Notes: a model not told the origin generated them from the letters alone. Shown: positions 1 through 15,229, counted from the first letter of the stretch. The stretch: 64,000 bases of DNA from the human T2T-CHM13v2.0 reference genome, Homo sapiens (GCF_009914755.1 NC_060930.1), one strand, 5' to 3'. A program made the numbers and translations.

Positions 1-1267
1 AATACATTGAAAATTTAAAATCTAAGTATTTATTTAAGGTTTCACCATTTTCAAATTGTACTCAGTGCACAAATTCAGCCTCAGGTCCTTTTATAATTGG
101 CACATGCACTTTTCCCTGAATCCAATGTAAATTTAGCTAAAATGTAACTCATTTCACTATTAATAAAATAGGGCTTTGTCTGAAGTCCAATCTCTATGTT
201 ATTTTCTATGTTTTAAGTACATCATAAAATAAAATTATGAATACCTTTAAACACTAGTCACTTTTTAAATCAAAAATAAAAGAATGAAAGATCTTGATAT
301 TTCACATCCTTTTCTTATTGAAATAACTTTATGACTTATCTGACTTGTGCATGGGCCAGAACAGGGATCATAAAAATTATTGTTAATTGGAAACCATGAG
401 AGGAAAAAATATATAAAATATAAACCATGAACAGATAGCACAAAATGTATAAGATATGGAACAAATAAAAATATATCCATTTTAAAAATCATGCATTGCT
501 ATTTAAGCAGGAACACCAAAAGAAAGTGGAAAACAAATCAACAAATGAAATAAGAAAGTAAACAAAATCGATGGGAAGAAAGGTTTGGAAGAAAGATGTA
601 ATGAAACACAATGTGAAATAACAGAAATTTGTAACCCTTATAAAGAGACATGCAGAGATACAATTAGGCATACTCTTCTTGGGAGGTAATGTGATAAGTC
701 CCATATATACTTTCTTCCTCACTTAAATATTGCCTTATCTGTACGTATCAATCACCATGCTTTCTAGATACAGAGGGGATGATGTCTTTTTTCCATTTTG
801 GGAAATTCCAATTGACTTCTTGTTTCAATCATGTCACCTTCCTTCTGTTTATGAATGACTCCAAAAACATTTATTCTCACATCTCCAGTGTACCTCCCAG
901 AAATCGAACTTATGATATACATTTGTGCCCTGGAAGCTGTCATCTATACTGTTTTGCTTTTTTTGTACTACAAAATGTCTTCAATGAGCCTAATCCATCT
1001 GCTGCTTCAATTTCCTTGACATCTGGTCACTTTAAAATTCTGCCACTCTCATGAAACTTAATTCTTGCTCAAAGATAAGAATCCAAACAACCAATGCAGT
1101 GGCCTTTTAAAAGTCTTCCCTTTGTCTTTGCTCTTTAAATAATATAAATATCTCTCTTCTTGTTTAAGATCTCATCTAGGTTTTACAAAACCACACAATC
1201 CTAGTTCTCTACCTAACCACTCAGACCATTCTTTCTTTGCCTCCTTCAAAGATTTATTTCCTCATTC

Positions 1268-1337
1268 CACCCTGCCTTCCCATCTACATACAGTGAAATC
1301 AGTGGTGTCACCCTGCCTTCCCATCTATATACAGTGA
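1268..1337. repeat. 29-bp direct repeat, period 41
   Basis: caccctgccttcccatctacatacagtga (1268-1296) and caccctgccttcccatctatatacagtga (1309-1337), one mismatch. Confidence 0.9.
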
Positions 1338-1361
1338 TATAGATGAACTCTCTATAGTTAA

Positions 1362-1714
<353 letters not shown>

Positions 1715-2914
1715 TAATCAACTTCAAGGTAATGACTTGCAAGGACCCAAATTAACTCTAACTTTAATCTACCTGCAGAACACCTATCTACTCTGTACTT
1801 CCTCACCTAGATGTTTCCTGCCACTTAAAAGTAAACATGTCTGGAAACAAACGCCTCACCTTCCTCTCTAAGCATGATGGCATTTTTAACTTCAAGAGAT
1901 TTAGAAGCTGTGCCTCAGTCTGAATCTGCCACTCTGGATCAATTGATTTAATCAGTTACCGAGAATAAACTGGATTTTTCTCTTCTATATCATTAAAAAA
2001 TATTGACTCAATTTTTTAAATTATCATCATTTAATTCAGGTCTTTCTCTCCTCATATATGGAGTACTGAAATAACCATGTAACTGGGTGTCCCTGACTTC
2101 ATTTTTTTCCCTCCAGGCAGTAATTCAACAGGAATCTTCATGTCAAACTGGTTTCCTAACATATATCACATCATTTGCAGTAACATTTCAAAGTGCCACG
2201 CACCTCTCCTTATCTTGACATTTAGTCCCATCTACTGATCACTGTTGTTTAATCTTCTCCAGTTCATAGTATACTTTTGCCGTGGCTTGGGTGTTCCACT
2301 GACTGTGAACTGGACATGACTGATATCTCACTGCCCAATCCTTTGTTCCTGCTATTTTCTTTCTCTGGAGTCCCTCCCACATCCTCTCTGCCTATCTAAA
2401 TACTTCAATTCAGGACCAGCATAATCAATTTTACCCTTCCTTCCTAAAATCTTTTCTGATCTTCTCAGCCCAAATAATTCTCTTCCTTTGCAGAGCTGCT
2501 CTAGTGCATACTGTTGTGTATTGTCTCTCTGTCTGCGTACTGTCATGCCACAAGTAATACCTGGTATTTCGAATACCCTTCAATACCTGAAGGAGTGTTT
2601 TATCCCATAGTAGGGGCTTAATCAGAATATATGAACTGACTTTGCTGACCAGAAATTACTCATACAATTATATCTCCTCCTCTGTATATTTTCTCTTTTA
2701 AGACTTAATTTTTCATTCTCATCTGTTCTGCATTTTCCCAAAGTGTCATGTTCAGTTCTTGGCTGTTGGAAAGCAAATACCATTTTTCTTACATTTTTAA
2801 GTCAAAAGGGGCAAATTACTACCATTGAAGTCAGCTGACTGATTTTTCCAACAGCCAGATACCTGATATTTTTTTACTGACAAGAGCCATTTTGTGGCCC
2901 AACTGACCTAGCTT

Positions 2915-3043
2915 TAGATGACATACATCCTGGGTAGTTCAGGAAGTCTCAATATATGCCTGCCATTTTGGAGTAATTATAAATAGTATTTCCTTTCACT
3001 CTCAGAGCTGTCCTGGTTTTGACGATAAAGTATATGGTTACCT
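2915..3043 (-). mobile_element. MER94-like hAT-Blackjack MITE remnant
   Basis: tttcactctcagagctgtcctggttttgacgataaagtatatggttacct resembles the reverse complement of the MER94 end (AGGGTGACCATATAATTTATCGTCCAAACC...) as recalled. Confidence 0.6.
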
Positions 3044-5579
3044 GATCTATACTACCTCTCATAAAAATGCATTTTTTCTAACAGAAATTAAAAAGAAACA
3101 CTGTTATATTTTAATCATATGTCATGTAATAATCCCCCACTATAAAAGCCCAGGAGCATTTTTATTAATGAGCTGAATTTTGTGATTTGGATGGGAAATG
3201 TGTTTGCTCCGAGATGGCGTCACAAGGTTTGCATGTACCATCTTAGATGATGTGCAATGAAGTGTGAGGACGGGCTGAGGTTTATGAATTTATAATAGGT
3301 GCCATGCTGGGAAGGGCTGAAGGCAGAGAGTTGTATCTGACTAAAAAAACCCTACAGAAACAGCTTTCAAAAAAGAAGGTACCAACTGACCTGCGCTTGA
3401 CCTGATCCACTGCTAACTGAGAAAAAGCAGCAACTTCTAGATTCGACTGAGTTCAAACCAGAGTGGAGAGACTACAAATCAGTGAGCCAAGAGAGAAGAT
3501 GGATGAAGTCAGGAACTTGTAGGAAGAAGGAAAGAACCATAGCTAGTGTGCTGGCCCTAACCTCAGGGAAAGGGTTTGGCTGCACTGGTTAAAAGAATCA
3601 AGAAACTCTTTATATATTTCCTCTGAGATATCATGGCTCTTAAAAAAAAATTCTTGGCAGTGATCCACTTATACTACAGAAATCTGTTCAACGTGGACTC
3701 TCGGATTTCAGCGGGGGATTTGCCGTCAAATGTTTCGGTTCTGATTCATGGCAAATTTTCACATCATTTGTAGGAAACTTTCAGATTAACTCAGAGAACA
3801 TACATATACAGGCAGCTGAAAAGGCATGTTTCCAAATTTTAAAAGGAAAAGGAATCATTTTGTAAATGCCTTCTATTAATTATATCTATATCTACAGAAA
3901 TAGCCCAAGTACTATTGCATTCTTGAAGAGTCTTCAGTCCCTTTTATTTGGAATACAATTTATATGTAATGGTTTATTTCATTTGTGAAAAAATATGCAG
4001 CTCCACTTTATAAAATCCAGTAGATACTTTATGGTGATTTTCAGAAATTGACCTCCTTAGTACTGTATTTGCTTTATCTAAAAGCATGCTCCAAATGAAC
4101 CGTTGCTCCATTTCAACCTTCATTTAGTATTCCTCTTGGCGTGTTCTGACAGACAAGCTGCTCTTGCAATCCAACTTCTGCCTTTGAAAGTTGTCAGTTC
4201 TGGTCTGGAATATCATGACTGAAGGTTCATTTGTCTTGTCAGAGTTCAAAAGGGCACCTGAGTTTTATCCCCTGCCCGCCCTCCCTTCTTTCCCTGCCTT
4301 TCAAAACAATTCTGCAGCGCCACTTGGATTTCGGCCTCGACTCCTGGACGTGCACATGCTGGCGGAGCGAGGCTCCTTCTGCTCACCTTCCTACTGGAAG
4401 GAGCCAGGCTAGAAGGAACGGGAAAATGAAACTTGATGGTATTAATTTTTAAACTCCCAAACCAGTTGCTGTACCTGTCACTTTAGGCTTCTGAATTTCA
4501 TTAGTGTTGACAGAGATGAACAGCACGTTCTAATTGAGGGCTTGCACCTGCAGCTTGACAGCAGTGGCTTCTTTATTGGCACTGGGATAAGGCCCCATTC
4601 CCCAGGTCTGGTGTTCTGAGAGGTAGCAATCATTTTCTCAGAATGTGCAGTTGGAAGAAGGCAATTGAACTGCAAGCTAGTAGCCAAAGAGAAAAATCTC
4701 TCTTTCTTTCTCTATCCTCATCTTCCTTACTCACTCTTCTGCAAACCCTTACCCCTAGTGCTTTGAAATAGTCCCCTCCTTGTAAGCTCCATGTGCTATA
4801 AACAGAAGAGAAGAGAGTGGATAAGAATGGAGAAAGAAAAATAAAGAGAGAAAAGAAAAAATTATGATAGGAGAGAAAGACTAAGAGCACAAATATTTGA
4901 GCTCATTTAAATAAAATCTCACAATTTTAAAATTATGGCTCCAGATCATTTGTCTGCTCACATATTACTGCCTTTCAGTTCACCCAGCTGTTAAAAAGCA
5001 ATAGCTTTTTGTCAACAATATGTTCATATGTATAGTTGTATAAATACAAAATTCACTCATACCAATGAATCTGCCTGAGTTATCTCTTATGATTTTGTTT
5101 AATTAAAACTATTCTCCAGTGAGTTCAAGAGTATTCACGTGATTATATCTCTAACATTCTTTATAAGTATAAACCCATACATACTTAGCACTGTCGTATG
5201 AAATACACACATATGCAAATGGCACACTTGGTATATAATGGGCATTCAATACCACCCACTTACTCTCTATAATAAGTGGAATTGTCTTTACAATACATGA
5301 GTGAAAATAAAAGTTAGTTTCATATACACATATGAAACTGTATATATATATATAATATCCTAATATGTTTTACTTGAAAACCTACAACATTTTAAAACAC
5401 ATAATTATTTAGTATCTGCATTAATAAATGAAATTATTTGGCTTCTTAAAATAAGCTATTCTGTAGCCATTTGGGGAGGCAATAGCAATTAAGAATGTTT
5501 GAATCAAACAGATCAGGCTTTCAGATTTCTGCAACTTATTATATATGTGATGTTGGTCAAGTAATTTAACCTTCAAGTC

Positions 5580-6420
<841 letters not shown>

Positions 6421-7040
6421 TTTTATTGTAATAAAAATGACTCTTATAAAGCAATACTTTTAGCTTTCTGTAGCTACTTCTACTAAATCTCCCAAGAAAT
6501 AAATTCACAGGATCATAAGCAAAACTATTTGGATTTCTGGAATCTAATCTGAGACATTTCCCATTTTTAACCCCATTTTCTGAGTTACATTTATATCCCA
6601 TGTCTTTCTGTCAGTGTTCTTAATTTAAAATCTGGGGTCTTGAGTCAGAATTCAGAAATGATTATTTTAGTCTATTGTGTTTGCAAAAGAAACACATCCT
6701 TTAAGAAAAAAAGTCCCTTTTTTGGTAGTGTGAGCTTCTGTAAGATTTAAGTACATGATTCCTGTCCTTGGTTGGGTTGCTCACATTCTTTGTCATGTCT
6801 CCTGGGTGGTATTTTCCACATTTGTTCTACGTCCCTGGGTGAAAGTCAGCCATCTTCCATGGACATTGTACAGAATTTCCAAGGATACACCATCAGTTTT
6901 ACCATATGTCCCATACCCCACCTTGTGCACCCTGAAGGATGAAGCACTGGGCTACTGTAGAATAATTTTCTGGACGCTAGACCAATTTGTAGTATATATG
7001 TAGGAAGCCTTAAGAAAGTATTGTATTCCCTGAATGCTAG

Positions 7041-7367
<327 letters not shown>

Positions 7368-10199
7368 TCTCCTGCTATTTTATAGCTCCTTACCCTAGTA
7401 GCATCCTGCACTGACTATATGTTATCATTCTTCAGGATACCTTGATGTGGGCTTTCAATGAAGTCCTAAGTGAAGTCCTAAGGCAATCGTGTAAGGAAAG
7501 GGAAGAGCAAAATTTAAGCCATCTTTTAAAAATTTATCTTCTCGAGTAGCCACCAACTACCTTCTCTCCTTGGCTGCAACAGCAGAATAGCCTTCAGTTT
7601 TCCCAAGGTTTTCTTTCTTGGTATGTTTCCATTCTTGTTATTTCTTGTATTACATGTTTCGTCTGTATTTTTTCAAGGACTTTTTTTTTTTTTGAGATAC
7701 CCAGTGTAGTGAGATGGAGACTCTGAATCAGTGCCTGCTTGGGTGTTTATGAGCTTGACAAGTAGATGCTAAAATATACCCATATCCTGGAAACTGATAG
7801 AATTTATCACATGACAAGTCTATAGTAGAAAATAAATGTAAATCTAGCCTGGATCTGAAGATAAGACAACCAGGGAGAACCAAAGCTAAGAAAATCAGGT
7901 CCCCCAGACCCCCAAAATACAAAAAGTAGAAAGGGCAAATTTGTGTGGATGAAATAATTCATACAAGTTGAGGCTGTATATTATTAGCACTTCATCCAAG
8001 TTTAAAGATACTTAGAATATCTGTTGATTATTAGCACAGCATAGCTACTCATTGAATTCAGTTACCCAACCTTGATGAATAGTTATGGAGTACTTCCCAT
8101 CCTTAATATTATTAAGCACCTATTATTGCTTACTCTTTTAGGCTAATGGAAGCACGACAGTGAGCAAGACAGACAAGGTCACTGCCCGCAAGGAGCTGTT
8201 GATGGAGAATAACATGCAAAGAAGAAGGTAGGATGCAGACTTATGTGCTCCCATTTCAAGTTGATTTGACCCAGAGCATAGGTGAAGGATTTGATCTTGT
8301 ATGGGGACAGGAAATCTTTTTCCACTGTGGAATATAACAAAGAATAACGGATTAGTGGTGGAAAGCAAGGGAAATTATCACCTGATTTTTTTCTAGGTAA
8401 GAAACTGACCAGATTGCTTACTGTGAGTGGGAAGGTGGTGAAAAAGTTACAGGTGGAGAGTGCTGAAAAGAGCAAAGAACACAGTAAGAGACGTGAGTAT
8501 GGAAACATGGAGGTAGTAACAGACACCATTAGGAGAACAGCAGGGGTTGAAGATCATGAATTTACAGTAAATCAATATGAATAATTTTGTGATATTTTTA
8601 GCCACTTGCAACCACTCAGAGTAGATTTATTCAGTATTGAGGTTGCTGAGTGGGTCTGAATGAAAGACTATTAAGGAAAAGGAAATACTGAGAAGATGGT
8701 TCATTGGATTGTTGAAAAATTGTGTTGACTTCATATTGAAACCTCTTGTTAAATACATCTAAATCTCCAATCTGATATCCTCAAGAATAAAGAACAACTC
8801 TGTCCAACAGTTGCTGGAGCAACTATCCACTAGTTGAATGATATTAATTTTGCTGTGTAAAAATAGCTTCAGTTTAAACATTTTAAGAAAGTTATGGGCA
8901 AAATAAATGCCTCAGAGGATTTGTGATGGTATAGTTTTTGGTTTCGTGGTCTACAGAAATATTTAAAAGAGCTACAAAATTAGGTAATTTAAGAAGCAGT
9001 TACTACACAAAATTTGGTATTTTTAGTGGTGACCTTCTTGAAAATTTGTAAAAGTTTAGGTTGAATGATGACTTAAGCATCACTTCATGAACTCATAATG
9101 AAATACTTACCTAAATGCTTAAAGAGCCAGAAAAAAAGGTTCACATAATCTGTGGCTAAAAATGTTTAGCCAATCATCTCACCTCAGTAATCATATTTTA
9201 TGATCAAAGCAAAGACAAAAAGTAAAAATAATGTCTGGTTTCTAGGTTCTTAGCTTTTGCTCTTTCCTAGTAAGGAGAAAACATGCTACCGTTGATGTCC
9301 CTTCAAATTAAAATTAATCACATGAGAACTAAACAGCTACTTCAGATGATTACAGACTGAATCTAGCAAAACAATATCAGCCTTGGTGACAATGAAGAGT
9401 AAAGGTGTTTTATTGTTCACTGATGTCAGGAAAAAACTTCTCAAGTTGAGAGGGCACACCTTGAGAACACTAGTACAGCAATATCACTTGGTGTTTTGAA
9501 GTCTCAGAGAAATGGTCACTCTGATTCTGAATTTCTAAGCATGGGTATCAGCAGATTTATTTTATTTTATTTTTTAACATGGCAGCTTTCAGAAAGGAGA
9601 GTTGCAAGCTGATCAAAGCCAAAACATGTGCTTTAAAATTGATACTGTGCAATCACCAACTAGCTAGGCAATCTCAAAAATGGCTTCACTTTTCTTAGCG
9701 TCAGTTTCTTCAACTGTAAATCAAAGAAGTGCTACTCAATAATTTCTAAAAGTCCTTTCAGTTCAAATAGCATGTGCCTTTTAAAGATAGTGTTTTGTGG
9801 ATTGTACATATTATCTCTCAACAGTGACTAGTCCAGCTTTTCAATGAAAGGAGAGTGAATTATTCTGATAGTATCTTAAGGGGGCGATCTAACAGGTTGG
9901 TGGAATGGGAAAAATACATGCCTACAAAGCACAAAACTTAGGTTTGGGTCTGGTAATTCCATCAAATGTTGTTGACAGCAATTTCCACATTGGTAACATG
10001 GGAATTGTCATATACCCTTCCTCTTGCAGGATCAAGATGCAGCAATATATATGAAAGAACTCTAATAAAATAACACAATACAACCAGGAAAGACTATCAA
10101 AATATGAATGATTTGTTCTCTGTGCAAGTTTAAGCACATGTCATCATTAAGCTCTAGAAGGCTAGGGACTGTGTATTAGCACTGGGGTTTGGAGTACAG

Positions 10200-10900
10200 G
10201 ATTTATATGACCACCAGAAAAACTGGATTATGTGTAGTAGAACTGTTAGGTTAATTCTTCTCAAATTAATCTTTTAGTAAAAGTAATCCTAGCTAATATC
10301 CCTGAAAGTTTATTTGGGTTATCTTATAGGTTGAGACTAAAATTTATTGGGATAAGAAAACAGGCAAGAACAACCAAGTTGATTTTGAAAAATAGCAAGT
10401 GATAAAGGCAATGGAAGTGGTGGGGGTTGGGAGAGGTTTGACCTATGTAATAACAAAACAGAATGGACATGAGAACTCTGTCACTTGGCATAAAGATCAT
10501 TTGGCAAAAAGATGGTTAATACTGAATAGAGAATCTATTGAGTTTGCTAATTAAGAATATTAAATTCATTAGAAAAACATGAAATATTCTACAGCATTGT
10601 GGCAATCTGCTGTTCTTTAGAATCCTTAAGCTGACGTTTATAGAATTACCAGTGTAAAAGAACAAAACTCTAAAAATTGCAGAAGAAAATACAGGCAAAT
10701 ATGCTTGCCAATCTGGGCTTATCAAGATAGAAAATGCAAAAGCTATAAAGGAAAATAATATTGAAAATAAAGTGTTAAATAAGAAACTCTAATAAACCAT
10801 CTTTAAACCAAGTTAAAAGATGATTTTCAGACTAAAAAAATTTGCATAAAAAGGATTAAGATTTGGAATAAAGAAGCACTGTATGAACACATTAAAAGTC
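10200..10900 (+). mobile_element. Highly degenerate L1M ORF2 3' remnant
   Basis: A-rich, with L1-like motifs such as ctaaaatttatt, aaaactctaaaaattgcagaagaaaatacagg and aaaatgcaaaagctataaaggaaaa; boundaries approximate. Confidence 0.5.
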
Positions 10901-10909
10901 CAGAAAAAG

Positions 10910-11043
10910 ATGAAAGCGAAGGGAAAGGAGGACAGGGGAAGGGAGGGGAGGAGGAAGAGAGAAGGGAGAAGGGGGAAGGGGGAAGAAAGGGAAGGGTAGA
11001 AAGAAGGAAAGAGGGAAGGAAGGAAGGAAGGAAGGAAGGAAAG
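10910..11043. repeat. Polypurine (GA-rich / GGAA) simple repeat
   Basis: About 130 bp almost purely G/A, ending in (ggaa)n. Confidence 0.95.
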
Positions 11044-12181
11044 AGTAACCTGAAGTTACTGATATTTATTGATAGCATTCTTGAACCCCTAATATGAGAA
11101 TAAAGCCAATCTATGCTCTCTAAGGCCTTTTGGATATCAGATAAACATGAGTGGATTAGGGTGGTGGCAATTTTATTCGTGTCTCTAGGTTTAGCTGGAA
11201 CTAAAAAAAATTGTGAGAGACAGAAAGAAAAGAAAGCCTGCAACAACTGCCATACATGTTTTCAAATTCTTTTCACATTTGACTTTGTGATTTTTTTATT
11301 CTTGGGAATGCAAAGGCAGATAAAATAAAATCAAACCAAGCAAAAGATTTCCAATGATGCGGTTTGGCTTAATTAAGCCTTCGAACACATTCAGGCTTCC
11401 TGTTCAGACTATGTGAATATTAAAAGTACAATCTATGTCAAGGTAGACTCAGTTCCTATCTACTATTTTTATACTTTTGAAGCTGTATTTTATAGGTGTT
11501 TGTGTGATAACAGCACCTTTACTCATACTTTATGCTTACCAAAGAACGGTTAATAGATTTTATAGAGTTTGGCCAAGGTCTAAATTTAGACAGAGGGCTC
11601 GTGGTGGTCTTGCGTACCCAGGTATGTTTTGCTTTAAACATAATTAGATTTCATTGTGTGCCCAATAAACATTTTATTGAGAATGTGTCACAATGTCCAT
11701 GGCCATATAGCTATCCTAACAGCCAAAGCACTTGTTGACCTTCAATTCTTTCAGTCATATTAGTAGTGTGAAACTGATTGTTTGGAAACTGGAAGGGACA
11801 GTCTGCTTAAGGCTGAGCAAAATTAGCCTGGAGGTAGCCTTGACTCTCTCAGCCTAGGAGGCAATACGCACTTTCTCCTGGGGGGCAAAACACACTTTCC
11901 CCTGCCCAGAGAGCAGTGGTGAGGCAGGATGTCAGTTGCAATATTGTTCTACCCATCAACTCTGCATCTGTTCCTGCATCTCTACATAATCCATCTCTAC
12001 ATAATCCAAACTTTCCCACTTTTCAAGACCTAGCTCAATGTCCACATGTTTCTAAAAACTTTTCTCATCTCTTGATGCTTTTTCATTTTTCATATCTGTA
12101 GAATATCCTTGATAGCTCTCTGAGACATTTATCATCATCCATCTTATCTTTGGAGATGTCTCATTTCAAAAGTAGATTCTT

Positions 12182-12479
12182 GGCCAGGCACAGTGGCTCA
12201 TGCCTGTAATCCCAACACTTTGGGAGGCTGAGGTGGGTGGATCATGAGGTCAAGAGATTGAGACCATCCTGGCCAACATGGTGAAACCCCGTCTCTACTA
12301 AAAATACAAAAATTAACTGGGCGTGGTGACGCACGCCTGTAGTCCCAGCTACTCAGGAGGCTGAGGCAGGAGAATCGCTTGAACCCAGTAGGCGGAGGTG
12401 TCAGTCAGCTGAGATCATGCCACTGCACTCCAGCCTGGCGATAGAGTGAGACTCCATCTCTAAATAAATAAATAAATAA
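12182..12479 (+). mobile_element. Full-length AluSc
   Basis: Diagnostic ggatcatgaggtcaagagattgagaccatcctggccaacatgg; (taaa)n tail; TSD gtagattctt on both sides. Confidence 0.95.
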
Positions 12480-13952
12480 GTGTAGATTCTTAAAAACAAA
12501 TCTTGTTAAAACATTAAATGAAGACAATAACAACTTTGAGGCTTTCTCTTTATATTTTATTTGATTGTGAAACATTCTGCTTGCTAAAATGGTGGCTTAG
12601 AACTTGATAGACAGTACAAATCAGTGAAGAGGAATTCTCTGAGTCAAGATGCCACATGACACTTGAGTGTCACATTATGGGAATCTGGCTTGAGCAGGTC
12701 CACTCCTTATTGGGGCAAATCCAGACCTTTAATATGAAGACCATGGAAAATTAGGGGTCCATAGCACCCCTCTGTGTAGGAACAGAACCTTGTTCTATTG
12801 GAGACATTGCTTCCAGTGAAAACACTATATACCTCTTTTTCCCTTTGCAGCCCTGTGTAGGCCTGTGACTGTGTTTTGTTTAAGAGATATAAGTGGGAAG
12901 TTCCTTTATGAACCATCCCTAAAGTGTGCCTCTTTTGCCTTATCTTCCATATTGCTGTTTGGCATAAGAATGTGAAGGCTGGACTTTAAACAGCCACTGT
13001 CAGCCATTAGGAGAGATCCAAACTACAGTGACTTTAGGAGGTGGAAGCAGTTCAAGTCTGTACAGAATATGTTGTCTTTGGGCTTCTTTTAAGGAGAGAA
13101 AGAGAAACAACCAGCAACTTCTATCAACCTGGCAAATGGTAGTTACTACAACTTGTCCATTGTTAACTTATGGTTTGGTCACATGCTCATGAACTTACTC
13201 CTAACTGATATGTTCTAGAGAGCTTGGTTTACCTCTGCTAGCCTAAGAGTGGTGAACTTAATTCATTCAGAAACAGCAAGAAAATGGCATTTAACAGAGC
13301 CCCCGAGTTCACTGTGTGTATTCTGAAAAGACTATGAATAGACCAGACTCTGAAACAAAGCTCAGAAACATCATGAGCTGAGAACAAGACTCCAAGCCTA
13401 ACTCTCTGCTTTAGCCTCCACCCATGCCTGTTGCCACTGCCATGCTCTGGTTTGAGGTCACATTACTTCTCAGCTGGAAGATTGGGAATGTTTCTTTTCC
13501 AGTTTTACCCTGTTCGGTTCTCCCTGATACATGCTACAAATAGAGTCATCATTTCACAGTGTAACTTTGAATATCTGCTGTTTGCTAAAAATGCAACTTT
13601 TTTCCTATTGCTATCTGATATTTTTCAAGCAGCTTACCTGACAAGGTAATGCATGCTTTTGAATCAATTCTTCTTCTAGTACTGCTTCTGTCTACTCTTC
13701 CTTGTGTAACCTGTGCTTAAGCAAAATTTACAACTTACAGTTTCTAGTATGAGCCCAGCAGTGATTGACCTCTTGCACACAGTCTTGTCTAGACTATTAC
13801 TGATACTTGAAATGCTTTTCTGCGCCATCTTAAATGGTCTTACTCTACCCCTTCTTCAAGATTCAGCTCAAATGCTCTCATCTTTGATATCTTCTTTTAT
13901 AACAATGGCAGCTCTTAAACTTCCAATTCTACTAATAAAAATAAAGAACAGG

Positions 13953-15012
13953 TGTTGCAGGAAGTCAGGGACCCCAAAAGGAGGGACCGGCTGAAGCCAT
14001 GGCAGAAGAACGTGAATTGTGACGATTTCATGGACATTTATTAGTTCCCCAAATTAATACTTTTATAATTTCTTATGCCTGTCTTTACTGCAGTCTGTAA
14101 ACATAAATTGTAAAGATTTCATGGACACTTATCACTTTCCCAATCAATACCCTTGTGATTTCCTATGCCTGTCTTTACTTTAATCTCTTAATCCTGTCAG
14201 CTGAGGAGGTTGTATGTCACCTCAGGACCCTGTAATAATTGCATTAACTGCACAAATTGTACAACATGTGTGTTTGAGCAATATGAAATCAGGGCACCTT
14301 GAAAAAAGAACAGGATAACAGCAATTGTTCATGGAATAAGAGAGATAACCTTAAACTCTGACCCCTGGTGAGCTGGGCGGAACAGAGCCATATTTCTCTC
14401 CTTTCAAAAGCAAATGGAAGAAATATCACTGAATTCTTTTTCTCAGCAAGGAACATCCCTGGGAAAGAGAATACGTGCCTGGAGGTATAGGCCTATAAAC
14501 AGCCCCCCTAGGTGTGTCCGTCTCTTATGGTCAAGGCTGTAGGGGTGAAATAGACCCCAGTGCTCCCAGGCTTGTTAGGAAGAGGAAATTCCTGCCTAAT
14601 AATTTTGGTCAGACTGGTTGCTCTCAAAACCCCGTCTCCTGTTAAGATGTTATCAGTGACAATGGTGCCCAAAACTTCATTAGCAATTTTAATTTCGCCC
14701 TGGTCCTGTGGTCCTGTGATCTCACCCTGCCTCCATTTGCCTTGTGATATTCTATTACCTTGTGAAGTACTTGATGTCTGTGGCCCACACCCTATTTGTA
14801 TACTCCCTCCCCTTTTGAAAATCCCTAATAAAAACTTGCTGGTTTTGTGGCTTGTGGGGCATCACGGAACCTACCGACATGTGATGACTCCCTCGGATGC
14901 CCAGCTTTAAAATTTCTCTCTTTTGTACTCTGTCCCTTTATTTCTCAAGCCGGCCGACGCTTAAGGAAAATAGAAAAGAACCTATGTGAATATCGGGGCA
15001 GGTTCCCCGATA
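13953..15012 (+). mobile_element. MER11 solo LTR (HERV-K11/HML-8), about 1060 bp
   Basis: Starts tgttgcaggaagtcagggacccc...ggagggaccggctgaagccatggcagaagaac, ends gaatatcggggcaggttccccgata; 6-bp TSD aacagg/cacagg; TATAAA 14494, AATAAA 14827; internal ~91-bp tandem duplication. Confidence 0.92.
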
Positions 15013-15101
15013 CACAGGTCTTGAATAACTACTGTTAAGTCAAAAACTAAGTGATTTGAAATTTTACTGTACTTGCAAGCTAACGATTTAACTTGCTCTG
15101 G

Positions 15102-15196
15102 TCTGTCTATGTATCTGTGTATCAATGTATCTATCTATGTATCTATCTATGCATCTACCTATCATCTATCTAACATCTACCAACTACATCTATCTC
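15102..15196. repeat. Degenerate (TCTA/TGTA)n microsatellite
   Basis: tctgtctatgtatctgtgtatcaatgtatctatctatgtatctatctat... Confidence 0.85.
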
Positions 15197-15229
15197 TGGG
15201 TCAGAGACAAAGGCAGTATATTATGACTA

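Noticed and set aside
10827-11246. 139-aa ORF rich in PSFL
   Set aside because: Antisense translation of the GGAA/polypurine repeat.
14024-14179. ~91-bp tandem duplication as a novel repeat
   Set aside because: It is an internal feature of the MER11 LTR, not locus-specific.
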